Virus record (IMG/VR): IMGVR_UViG_3300035698_016797
Coordinates: 1-64,000 of that record
DNA: 64,000 nucleotides
Source: a virus
Reading direction: 5' to 3' (one strand)
Every line of letters starts with the position of its first letter. The first letter of the stretch is position 1. The notes beneath the pieces were generated by a model. The model saw nothing but the letters and a program-made list of their open reading frames with translations, searched no databases and was not told the origin of the DNA. Position numbers and translations under genes: made by a program. Positions 53,544 to 62,731 of this stretch are shown here, piece after piece.

Positions 53544-54104
53544 ATGAAAGAAATACTTGTCGTAGATATAGAAACCACAGGATTCCTGAAACAAGGTGGA
53601 CTGATTGTCGAAATTGGAATTGTCAGTCTTGATCTGGACACAGGTGGAATTTCCGTACTGTTTGACTCCGTCGTTAAGGAAGGTGGATTTGGCCGTCAAC
53701 ACGCACAATCACCATTCGGATGGATCTTCCAAAATTCAAACTTAACATATGAAGACGTTGTAGCCTCAGAAAACCTCAAATGTCATATGTATCAACTTCA
53801 GACGATCTTTGACAATCATCCACTCGGTGCAACGGCATTCAATAAACAGTTTGACTTCGGGTTCTTGAAAGCACGGGGGTTGCACTTCAGAGAGCTTCCG
53901 TGCATTATGCTTGAAGCCTGTCCTGTTGTTAACCTTCCTCCAAATCGTGGTCGTTCAACACCTAAATGGCCTAAGGTAGAAGAGGCGTGGGAATATCTCT
54001 TTCCAAACAATGATTATGTTGAACAACATCGTGCCATTGATGATGTTGAACATGAGGCGATGATTCTTCACGAACTTTACATGCTTGGAAGGTATACGAT
54101 ATGA
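53544..54104 (+). CDS. DEDDh 3'-5' exonuclease (DnaQ-like)
   Basis: VVDIETTG; AFNKQFDFGFL; HRAIDD. Confidence 0.9.
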   Translation: MKEILVVDIETTGFLKQGGLIVEIGIVSLDLDTGGISVLFDSVVKEGGFGRQHAQSPFGWIFQNSNLTYEDVVASENLKCHMYQLQTIFDNHPLGATAFNKQFDFGFLKARGLHFRELPCIMLEACPVVNLPPNRGRSTPKWPKVEEAWEYLFPNNDYVEQHRAIDDVEHEAMILHELYMLGRYTI

Positions 54105-54966
54105 CCATTGACACAAAAGCAAATGTTGGAGATGAAATCTTTGTCATTTTTGACAACGATATACAGAAGTGTAAAATTTTAGATATCAAAATCATTACTG
54201 CTGAAACCTATACCGTTGAGAAGTATTCAGTAATGGTGGAGACAGGTAGTCGTGGAGAGCGAAAATCCTTAACTGTACAAGATACAGACTTAGTCTTCAA
54301 GGTAGAAGGATTGATAAAGCATCCACACTGGTCACGAATTGCCAGAGCTAAGGCTAAATGAGGTGACTCCATGTCTATGAATCTTAATGTCACATTTGAT
54401 GGCCTGCCTGGAAGCCTAAGACAAACCTCAAGCCAAATCTCATACATGTGTATTGTTCAACCAGACGGTGCTATTCCCGGTATTCTCACTGGTAAAAAGG
54501 CAAAACATGCTCTTGAAATTTACTTACAGTGGATAAGATACTCTCTTAATGGAGTGTGGGAATCAGAAGAGGAATTACGAAGTGCTAACGCAGGCGTAAA
54601 AGAACACATTGAAAGCGTTAGGGGGATGATTCATTCATCCAAGAAAATTGAAGTATGGGTAATGTAAAATGAGGTGTTACAATGCACTTTAGCTCAAAAT
54701 ACAACATTGATGATGAAGTCTTCCTTGTCCATCAAAACAGAATCATTAAAGGAAGTATTTTAGACATCAAAGTTGCCGTCAACAGAAAAAGAGGGCTTCC
54801 AACAAGTGCCCCTCCTGCTGCTAAGAGAATCTGTCTCATCTCTTACAATATTACATTCAAACTTCCTGGATCAAGAAAAGTCCACACAATGTGGCTAGAA
54901 GAAGAAGATGTTGTTTTCTACGTAGAAGGTTTGTTTTTCCACAAACGTTGGGGAAGTTCTAAATAA
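54101..54966 (+). other. SH3/KOW-like paralogs 2 and 3 (54101-54361, 54682-54966) flanking hypothetical CDS 54371-54667
   Basis: Shared TK.(N/D)(V/I)G(D/E)E(V/I)F...I.DI...VFxVEGL pattern. Confidence 0.6.
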
Positions 54967-55137
54967 CTTTCTAATGGAGTGAACGAAGAGTCTACGCTGA
55001 GAGAAGTGTGATGTGCCCTCTTGAAAGGGTATGGTAAAACTTCGCTACGGACGGAGGAATATCTCTTCGGAAGAACATCCTTGGTGGGATGCATACCACT
55101 AAGGAACCGAGTGAAAGTCTCGGCCACCTATTTTGAT

Positions 55138-55211
55138 GTACAGCGTTAGCTCATGATGGCGAGAGCGTCCTGTAATTGGGTATGGCGGAGGTTCGAGTCC
55201 TCTCCTGTACA
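55138..55211 (+). pseudogene. tRNA-like element with degenerate anticodon arm and no CCA
   Basis: GTACAG/CTGTAC acceptor; GCTC/GAGC D-stem; GGAGG-TTCGAGT-CCTCT T-arm. Confidence 0.55.
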
Positions 55212-55950
55212 TCTTTATGTTGTCCAAAAGTCCCACTGCTCATGGTGGAGTAAAGGGAACGTGCTTGGTCTTACTAGCTGTGGGACGCCTGTTTATAGGT
55301 AGCGGAAGCTAGGAGGCTGTTTCTCCGGTCTGTTTTGGCAGGTGCAGTCGTCAGATACGTTTGCACTGAGGTGTACTTTAATGTGAAAAATGGGTCACAT
55401 TAATGCCCAACCTGCCCCCTACATTTTTTTTCCAATCCAAACAAGAAAGGTATATCATGACAACCAGAGTATGGAATATGCGGTAATGCTTGGGGATACG
55501 AACCCTTGACTACAGCAAATGTGCACGAAATAACATGCAGGTCGTGTAAAAAGAATATGGGTTCATACTTAGAGAAGGAGCGCAAGCGAGAAGAGCGTGT
55601 ACTGCGTAACCTACAAAGACAAATACGCAAAATAGCCGCTACTATTCTCGAACTTGAGAATGAAAAGCGGGCCGTGAGCAAAAAGATCAGCGACATGTTA
55701 AACAAAATTCAATAAAGTCAGGAGAAGTATTATGGGACTGAAAGAATTTAGAGATCCAAACGGCGAAGCACGTCGTCCAGAGTGGAATCGTCCAAACAAA
55801 AAAGCAGCAGCAAATCTCAAGAGACGCGTAAAGGGACACAACTCCGTCATTGGTGGTGTACCCTCCAACGTTGTATCTTCTCATACCGGCAACTGTCCCG
55901 GAAGCATGAAAATTCCCGGACGCGGAGCATAATCAGACAGACCTGACAAT

Positions 55951-56379
55951 TTCTCATTGGCTTGGTCCTCGGACAGCTTGATGAATCATCAAGCCGCTAA
56001 CATATTGAGGTCTCAATTCTCATCAAAGCGAGAATTGATTCCATGAAATATACTTTATTATACTAATTCCGCATTTGAATTCACAGGATGATAACTACTG
56101 AGAACCTGGAATCCGGCGTACATCTCATCTGTTAATGAGATGCTGTGCCGCCACAAGGCGGCACTCTGCCGGACACCTGGACTCAGAGTTCTAATCACAC
56201 CAGGTTCCTCCTCGAAGACTTACTGGGAAACCCAGTAAGAGCCAGCAGTTCCCTGGGGGACGCCCAGGGAAAGGCAGGCTGGACCAGGCTACACCTGGTC
56301 TGGGAATATCTTCGAGCCACCTGGTTCTGCAAATTCACAGGCTCATTAGTATATTAATGATATATTTCAAGAATGGGAA
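55951..56379 (+). ncRNA. RT-associated msr-msd-like cassette U4 (large, branched)
   Basis: IR TTCTCATT/AATGGGAA then GG; GCTTGATG-AAT-CATCAAGC hairpin; domain closed by TGAAATATA/TATATTTCA with several GC hairpins; AAG-AAT. Confidence 0.7.
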
Positions 56380-56382
56380 TTC

Positions 56383-56636
56383 TATGATTCATTGGATTGC
56401 ATACTAGTTGCATGTGTGATGTTTCATCACACTTTAACATTAACATAGAAAATAAGTATCCTTTCTCAGCAAAGAACCCACAGGGTTTTTGCTGCGAGGA
56501 TGCTTATGGCTCCTGGATGGTACTGAATTAAAATGAATTGGCAATTGATTTTAATACAGCACAATCACGCGCTGCACTTTCTGCTGCTCTACGCTCAGCA
56601 GAGTTCAGCTCTCAGGAACCTTAAGAATGAATCGTA
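56383..56636 (+). ncRNA. RT-associated msr-msd-like cassette U5
   Basis: IR TATGATTCATT/AATGAATCGTA (11 bp, one G:U) then GG; GTGTGATG-TTT-CATCACAC hairpin; further long hairpins; TAAG-AAT. Confidence 0.75.
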
Positions 56637-56849
56637 TTTTAGGAGTATCGTCTAACGAAATAGGATACTGTGGTAGCAATACCCAGAGATGCAGGACTAT
56701 CCCTGTTACTCCAACTTTAGAGTTTGTTGATTTTAGCTCCTTGAACCCATGACAAAGTGTGGTATATTCTAGTACTATATAGGAGTCCCGGCCAAAAATG
56801 CTGTCGGGTAGAATTTCTTATCCAGTACAAAGACTCAAGGAGATTTATA

Positions 56850-58724
56850 ATGGTTGATTTTGCAAACGAATTGTCTAAGTTTGTCTTCGTGCGTTCATAT
56901 GCACGTTGGCAACCCGAACTTGGACGCAGAGAGACGTGGGAAGAGGTTGTGGATCGTGTTCTAACTTTCTTGTTGGAGGAGAGAGGTGAACACATTCCAG
57001 AGAAAACTGTACGCAAAATTAGAGAATACATGTTGACTTTCAACGTGATGCCATCCATGAGGTTGGTTTGGACAGCAGGTGCTCCGGCAAGAAAAGACAA
57101 TACGTGCATTTACAACTGTGCGTTTTCCAACATAGATAGTATCGAATCTTTTGCAGAAAACCTATACATCTTAATGTGTGGATCTGGGTTTGGATTCTCC
57201 GTTAGCAGAGAAGCTATCTCTAAACTTCCTATCGTTCCAAACATTGATGTTATGAACGTTGTATATCATACCGTTGACGATTCTCGTGAAGGATGGTCCA
57301 ACTCACTAAAAGTTTTACTTACCGAACTGTACGAAGGGCGATTTGTTCATTTTGATTACAGTGAAGTGAGACCCGAAGGTGCACGTCTTCAAACTATGGG
57401 TGGAAAAGCTTCTGGTCCAGCACCACTTATCAATCTTCATACCTTTGTTACGGAAACACTTTTGGAAGCACAAGGTAGACAACTCACCTCTGTTGAATGT
57501 CACGACATCTGTACTCAAATAGCAGAAGCAGTGGTTGTTGGTGGAGTAAGACGCTCTTCTGAAATCTCATTGTCCGACTTAGACGATATGGATATGAGAC
57601 ATGCTAAAGATTGGCCATTTCCTGCAAAAAGAATGATGGCAAACAACTCTGCAATCTACAGAGAAAAACCGTCTGCAACAGAGTTTCTGGCAGAATGGTC
57701 TGCACTGGCATCTTCTGGCACTGGAGAAAGAGGAATATTCAATCTTGAGGGTGTACGTAATACCGCTCCATCCAGACGTGATGAAAAACTAATCGAAGGG
57801 TGCAATCCTTGTGGAGAAATCTCTCTTCGTAATAAACAGTTTTGCAATCTTACAGAGGTTGTGGTAAAACCAGATGACGATCTCGATACATTGCTTGATA
57901 AAGTTGAAACTGCAACCTGGCTAGGTACAATACAGTCTACATTCACACATTTCCCATTCATCAGTCCAGAGTGGAAGAAGAATTGTGAAGAGGAAAGATT
58001 GCTTGGAGTTTCTCTCACAGGACTATGTGACAACCCGAAGATAATCGAACCGATGGTTCTTAAGGCACTGAAAAATAGAGTGAGGAAAGTTGCCAGACGT
58101 GCCGCCAAATCACTCAACGTTTCATATCCTAAAGCATTAACGTGTATAAAGCCATCAGGTACTGTTTCTCAACTGGTAAACGCTTCATCAGGGTTGCATT
58201 CCAGATATTCACAATTCTATATGAGACGCTTTCGCATCTCTAAAATGGACTCTCTGTTTCACATGATGAGGGATCAAGGTTTTGACTTCGTTCCAGAAGT
58301 AAACCAAGAACCGGAAACTGCATCAACATGGGTTTGTAGCTTCCCCGTAAAGGCTCCATCCGAATCGTTGAAAAGATCAGACTTAGATGCAATAGACCAA
58401 CTGGAAATATACCAAACCATCAAAGAAAACTGGTGCGAACACAACGCTTCATGTACGGTGTACATCAAAGATGATGAGTGGTTTGAAGTTGGTAATTGGG
58501 TTTACAAACATTGGGATATAGTGAATGGATTGAGTTTTCTGCCGTATGATAATGGTAGATACCAATTAGCTCCATTTGAAGAGATTTCAGAAGAACAGTT
58601 TGTGGAGCAAAATGAACAGCAAATACCAATTGACTATTCGCAATTAGGAACTTACGAAAATGATGACAACACCGATGGTGCAAAAACATATGCTTGCTCT
58701 GGTGACAAGTGCGAACTCAAGTAA
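56850..58724 (+). CDS. nrdJ: Class II (adenosylcobalamin-dependent) ribonucleotide reductase
   Basis: RRETWEEVV; YNCAF; GGVRRSSEISL; NPCGEI; FCNLTE; KPSGTVSQL; C-terminal CSGDKC. Confidence 0.9.
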   Translation: MVDFANELSKFVFVRSYARWQPELGRRETWEEVVDRVLTFLLEERGEHIPEKTVRKIREYMLTFNVMPSMRLVWTAGAPARKDNTCIYNCAFSNIDSIESFAENLYILMCGSGFGFSVSREAISKLPIVPNIDVMNVVYHTVDDSREGWSNSLKVLLTELYEGRFVHFDYSEVRPEGARLQTMGGKASGPAPLINLHTFVTETLLEAQGRQLTSVECHDICTQIAEAVVVGGVRRSSEISLSDLDDMDMRHAKDWPFPAKRMMANNSAIYREKPSATEFLAEWSALASSGTGERGIFNLEGVRNTAPSRRDEKLIEGCNPCGEISLRNKQFCNLTEVVVKPDDDLDTLLDKVETATWLGTIQSTFTHFPFISPEWKKNCEEERLLGVSLTGLCDNPKIIEPMVLKALKNRVRKVARRAAKSLNVSYPKALTCIKPSGTVSQLVNASSGLHSRYSQFYMRRFRISKMDSLFHMMRDQGFDFVPEVNQEPETASTWVCSFPVKAPSESLKRSDLDAIDQLEIYQTIKENWCEHNASCTVYIKDDEWFEVGNWVYKHWDIVNGLSFLPYDNGRYQLAPFEEISEEQFVEQNEQQIPIDYSQLGTYENDDNTDGAKTYACSGDKCELK

Positions 58725-58865
58725 GATTGAAGAGCACAGGATTGAAAACCCCATGTTTCCATATGTGATACAGCAAAGAGATCCAATTCTGCATGGAATA
58801 AGGGCTGGATTAAGCCCCACTCGTGATGCAGAAAATGCTCAAATCGCAAAAGGTTGGGCTGGACT

Positions 58866-59321
58866 ATGAAGAAACAACGAACACTCTTTATAGCTCTTCT
58901 TCTGTCCTTGATCATTACATCGTGTAATGTTTTGGGACAGGAAAAGAAGGGACTGTTAGACGGTTTTGGATTGGATTCTCCAACCTCTAAAGAGGAGAAA
59001 AACTTTACATGTGATCCTAAGCCCGCACCAAAACCTCCTGCACAGCACTCTTCGGCAGAGGGGATTCCTCCACTACCTCTTCCGGTGGTCCCTCTAAGAA
59101 GAACGGAAAAGAAGAATCCTCCAAAGCCACCCGTTCTAGTTGTAAAGATAGACACCGGTAAAGATGGTGACTGGAATACGAACCCACAGGATATTGAGAA
59201 TCTTCTCAAATGGATGGCAAAGGATCTAGGTGTACATTTCAGTTCTCAAAATCGCAGATTAGAAGATATTTTAGGAATCAGACAAGAAAGAAGACTGGTA
59301 AAAAAAGAAAGGTCAAGGTAA
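58866..59321 (+). CDS. Secreted/lipoprotein-like protein ending in a possible partial DUF4159-like segment
   Basis: N-terminal hydrophobic signal; GDWNTNPQDIENLL. Confidence 0.45.
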   Translation: MKKQRTLFIALLLSLIITSCNVLGQEKKGLLDGFGLDSPTSKEEKNFTCDPKPAPKPPAQHSSAEGIPPLPLPVVPLRRTEKKNPPKPPVLVVKIDTGKDGDWNTNPQDIENLLKWMAKDLGVHFSSQNRRLEDILGIRQERRLVKKERSR

Positions 59322-59803
59322 TGCAAATTACTCTCAACACGGCGCTGAAACGAAAAAAGCGTGTACTTGGTTGGATGACAAAGGTGTCAACAAAAATCAA
59401 GATACACAATTCAAGACAAATTGTTGAAGGTGACGAAAGTCCAAAAGTAAACATTGACGATTTACTGAAAGAGCACGAAGCTCTCACTGCACACCTTATA
59501 GAGTTGAAGACGGCAATTGCGATTGCCAACGCTCCAATTCAGTCAAGTATTTTCAAACTTTCCGAGTTAAAAAGCGGAGCTACAATGTTAGCTCAAATGG
59601 CAACCAGAGAAGGAAAGTTCCCTTCGCGGTACGGTATGGGAGAGGTGCAAATGTTTGACATCTTCGAAGCTCAAATTAAAGAAGAAGAGGTTGAAGGAAT
59701 GCAGGAGTCTATTGCAGACGCAATCGAATGCACGCAAGAAGCTCTGGAAAAGCATAACGCGACCACAATCATCGAAATCGAAGATTATAAGTATAATCCC
59801 TAA
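59321..59803 (+). CDS. DIP1984-like coiled-coil protein
   Basis: MQITLNTALKRKK...LIELKTAIAIANAPI...IFKLSELK...ALEKHNATTIIE. Confidence 0.65.
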   Translation: MQITLNTALKRKKRVLGWMTKVSTKIKIHNSRQIVEGDESPKVNIDDLLKEHEALTAHLIELKTAIAIANAPIQSSIFKLSELKSGATMLAQMATREGKFPSRYGMGEVQMFDIFEAQIKEEEVEGMQESIADAIECTQEALEKHNATTIIEIEDYKYNP

Positions 59804-59810
59804 CCAATTT

Positions 59811-60080
59811 GGGTGGTGTGTAGTGTTGAAAGAAAAGTTGGCCGACAGACACTCTTCGGAATGTTTGAAAGCACAAATTCTGCTTAGGCAGATGCAAATG
59901 GACTGAAAATCCATACTCCTTAATGGGGAATAGAATTGTATTGATAGAGATGAATGAAAACCTTAAACATAGAGCCTAGTGCTTGTCAAGACTCAAATCT
60001 CATGACTTCAATGTTCAAGATTCTTTCGTCATATATCAAAACTTATCAAGACGACTTTCCTCTTAATGCTCACACCACCC
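59811..60080 (+). ncRNA. Candidate structured RNA downstream of the DIP1984-like gene
   Basis: Closed by perfect 10-bp IR GGGTGGTGTG/CACACCACCC; TTGA-rich first half and TCAA-rich second half. Confidence 0.55.
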
Positions 60081-60121
60081 TCCTTTTATTATGATAAAAA
60101 TACGACATACACACGAAATCA

Positions 60122-61974
60122 TTGAAGACGTGTTTTCCTTGTGTTCGGAAAAAAACAAGGATAGACTTAAAAAACTGGGCAGATAACAATAGCCTAAGAA
60201 TCAATCAGGAGCATCCAAAAGGTACAACTCACTACTTTCTTGTTTTTCGTTGTTCGCGCAATACTAACAAGTGGTTGATGGCCGACCACACCTGGACAGC
60301 TCTTACCTCAAAAGACCGTACAATTATAGACAAGTGGATCTATAGTGACGGAGAGCGTTGGGATGCATACTGCACCACGTACGAAGAAGCGGAAGGCAGA
60401 CTTATTGCCTTTCTGGCAAACCACAAACTAACAGCAGGTAGAAAATGAAGAAGAGAAATACAAAAAAGACTTCGAGCAGAGAAGCTGAAAAGCGTAGCGA
60501 CCGTTACGACAGAAGGCAAAAGGAAAAAGATCGAAGCATTACACGACGCAATGCACGCAAGGAAAAGACAAAATACAGCGTGGATGAAGATAATGATGAA
60601 TAACTCAGCAAGAATATATGAAGATGCAAAAAAGTGTGAATACAAAGAAGGTCATATTTGCGACCATCCGGCAGAAGCGGCCAAATGGTGCTATGACTGC
60701 GAGATAAGAGATGCGGTAGATGGAGAAAAAGTTCAATATCGCAAACTTTATGCAGATTTTCCAAATCTGTTCAGACAGAATTCTTTACCTTCAACTGAAA
60801 GTTGCATGTCATATAAGGCTGCAATTTCAGAAGGTTGGTTGCCACTTTTGCGAAAAACGTGCGAAAAGCTAAAAGCACAAAACGAAGCAAATGGCACAAA
60901 TATCGAATTTTCACAAATCAAGGAAAAATTCGGCTGTTTGAGAATTTACCTTGACAATTCAGACGAAGAGGCTTATAAAATCACAAGCGAAGCAGAAACC
61001 GAATCTGCAACAATTTGTGAGTCATGTGGGAAACCTGGAAAAAGACGTAAAGGTGGATGGATTCTCACAATGTGTGATTCTTGCAATACGGAAAGAGAAG
61101 AAACAAAGCGTAAGGAGAGAGAATGGCTCGAATCTCGAAAACGCAAATGTTCCAAATGTGAAAATATGACATATGTCAAAGAAGGCGTTCCAGACGAAGA
61201 GTTGGTGTGTTTTCGTTGTACGAGAGATGAAAGCAAATGAAATACATCAAAACAATTGCAATAGTTGCTCTGCTTTCAACATTTGTTTCGTGTGCACGGT
61301 CCAGATGCAAAACAGAACCTCCTCTCTACTACGATACAACCATAGATTATCACAATGTCTGCTGATCTTCCGAGGTAAAGACTTTTTACAGACGAATTCT
61401 GTAAAGGAGAAGATGTCTTCGTAATAAGAACAAGACACGGATGGTTTGACGGAAAACTTAAAGCTAGAATTGTAGAAATAAACAAACATTGCTGTACTGT
61501 AAAATGTCTGCAAGGTGAATTCAAAGACTTTATGTTCGAAATTGAGCATCCACGAGACATAAGGAAAAAAATGTAATGCTAAATAAAACACAGCTGAATA
61601 GAGTAAATTCGAGACTGAATAGTATTGTTGATGCAAAAGTGAAAGCTTTTAAAGCACAACAGGGAATTCAGTCTGCCGAAGATGTAATCAGAGCATATTT
61701 CGAAAATCACAAGGAAGAGTTGGCAGATGCCATTCTTGAGACTAAAGGAGCCTTGATGAGTTCTTACACTCACAGAAATGCTGTTAGTGCCCATCCAATT
61801 GCCATGCAGGCAACCCTTGCCGAACAAACGGCTAGAGATGCTTGTGAAGTTCAGGCAAAGGATTACTCGAAAGCCTTAGAAGAAGAAGTGGCAACCATAA
61901 TGGACGAACTTTACCTTGGTGAAGGCGACGCAAAGAATAGGATTTCAACATTCAGAGCGTTTGAGCCTGAATAA
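60122..61974 (+). other. Hypothetical CDSs (60122-60448; 60551-61240 with QIKEKFGxLRxY and CxxC motifs; 61576-61974)
   Basis: Tiled ORFs. Confidence 0.6.
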
Positions 61975-62033
61975 TACATTTCTGAAATGTGGAATGTTGG
62001 CTTAGAAGCAGCCAGAACGAAAGTTCCGCCAAA

Positions 62034-62429
62034 TCAGTCATTATTAGAGTGTTCAATACGATGACAATTAGCACATAGCAAATTACACTTGTCAAGCTCT
62101 CCTTTAATTCTCTCAAATGATCGAGTATTGCTTCCAATTGCAAGTTCTTTAACATTTGAGTCTACATGGTGAAAGTCAAATACTTCAAGATGGTTTATGT
62201 TATTATATCCACATGATGCACATTTTCCACCTTTGTATAATACGGCCATCCTCTTAATATTACGTCTTCTGACTAAACTGTAAGCTTTGCGACAATCAAT
62301 ACACAGCTGATCGTAATATTTCCAAATTTGACCATTCTTACCATGTTGTTGTTGCTTGTAGAATTCTGAAATTTGTTTTGTGCGCTTGCAAGCTTTGCAA
62401 GTCTTTTCTAAGGCTTCAATTGCTTTCAT
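62034..62429 (-). CDS. HNH endonuclease
   Basis: CASCGYN...FDFHH...KCNLLCANCHRIEH; AGGAGG RBS; lone minus-strand gene. Confidence 0.82.
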   Translation of the reverse strand: MKAIEALEKTCKACKRTKQISEFYKQQQHGKNGQIWKYYDQLCIDCRKAYSLVRRRNIKRMAVLYKGGKCASCGYNNINHLEVFDFHHVDSNVKELAIGSNTRSFERIKGELDKCNLLCANCHRIEHSNND

Positions 62430-62731
62430 GATATCCTCCTATTGCAATATGACTACTCATTACTATATTACAACTAATAAGTGTAATTTGTCACTTGAAA
62501 ATTCTAATAATGGCTGATTTGGTGCATCTAAGGAGTGGGACAAGTACCCAGCCAAGTGAGACTCGGCTTGGTCACAGAGCCAGAGATGACTTCTGGGACA
62601 AATACAGCTAGTGGAAAAGCACCCCGTAACTGGTAAGGCAAATCCTTCTCTTTGGCGTAATAGCACACCACATTTCCTTTCGTCTGTTCAAGTTAACGAC
62701 AATTCTCAAAATAAAAAACGGAGTAACAGTC

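Noticed and set aside
56145-56357. 70-aa ORF inside U4
   Set aside because: No RBS or ATG start; lies wholly within dense RNA stems
55935-56712. Group I intron or RNase P RNA
   Set aside because: No interrupted gene; no P7 R/S consensus; no GAGGAAAGUCC RNase P motif
55935-56850. Cobalamin riboswitch upstream of B12-dependent nrdJ
   Set aside because: ACTGGGAAAC...AGCCAG is suggestive, but the B12-box (GGGAAG, GCCACTG, AGACCTG) is absent. The nrdJ promoter-like sequence (TTGAAC...TATATT) lies downstream of the structure.
59811-60080. Sixth RT cassette
   Set aside because: Has a closing IR but lacks TT-G, AG-AA and the GATG-N3-CATC hairpin; reported separately
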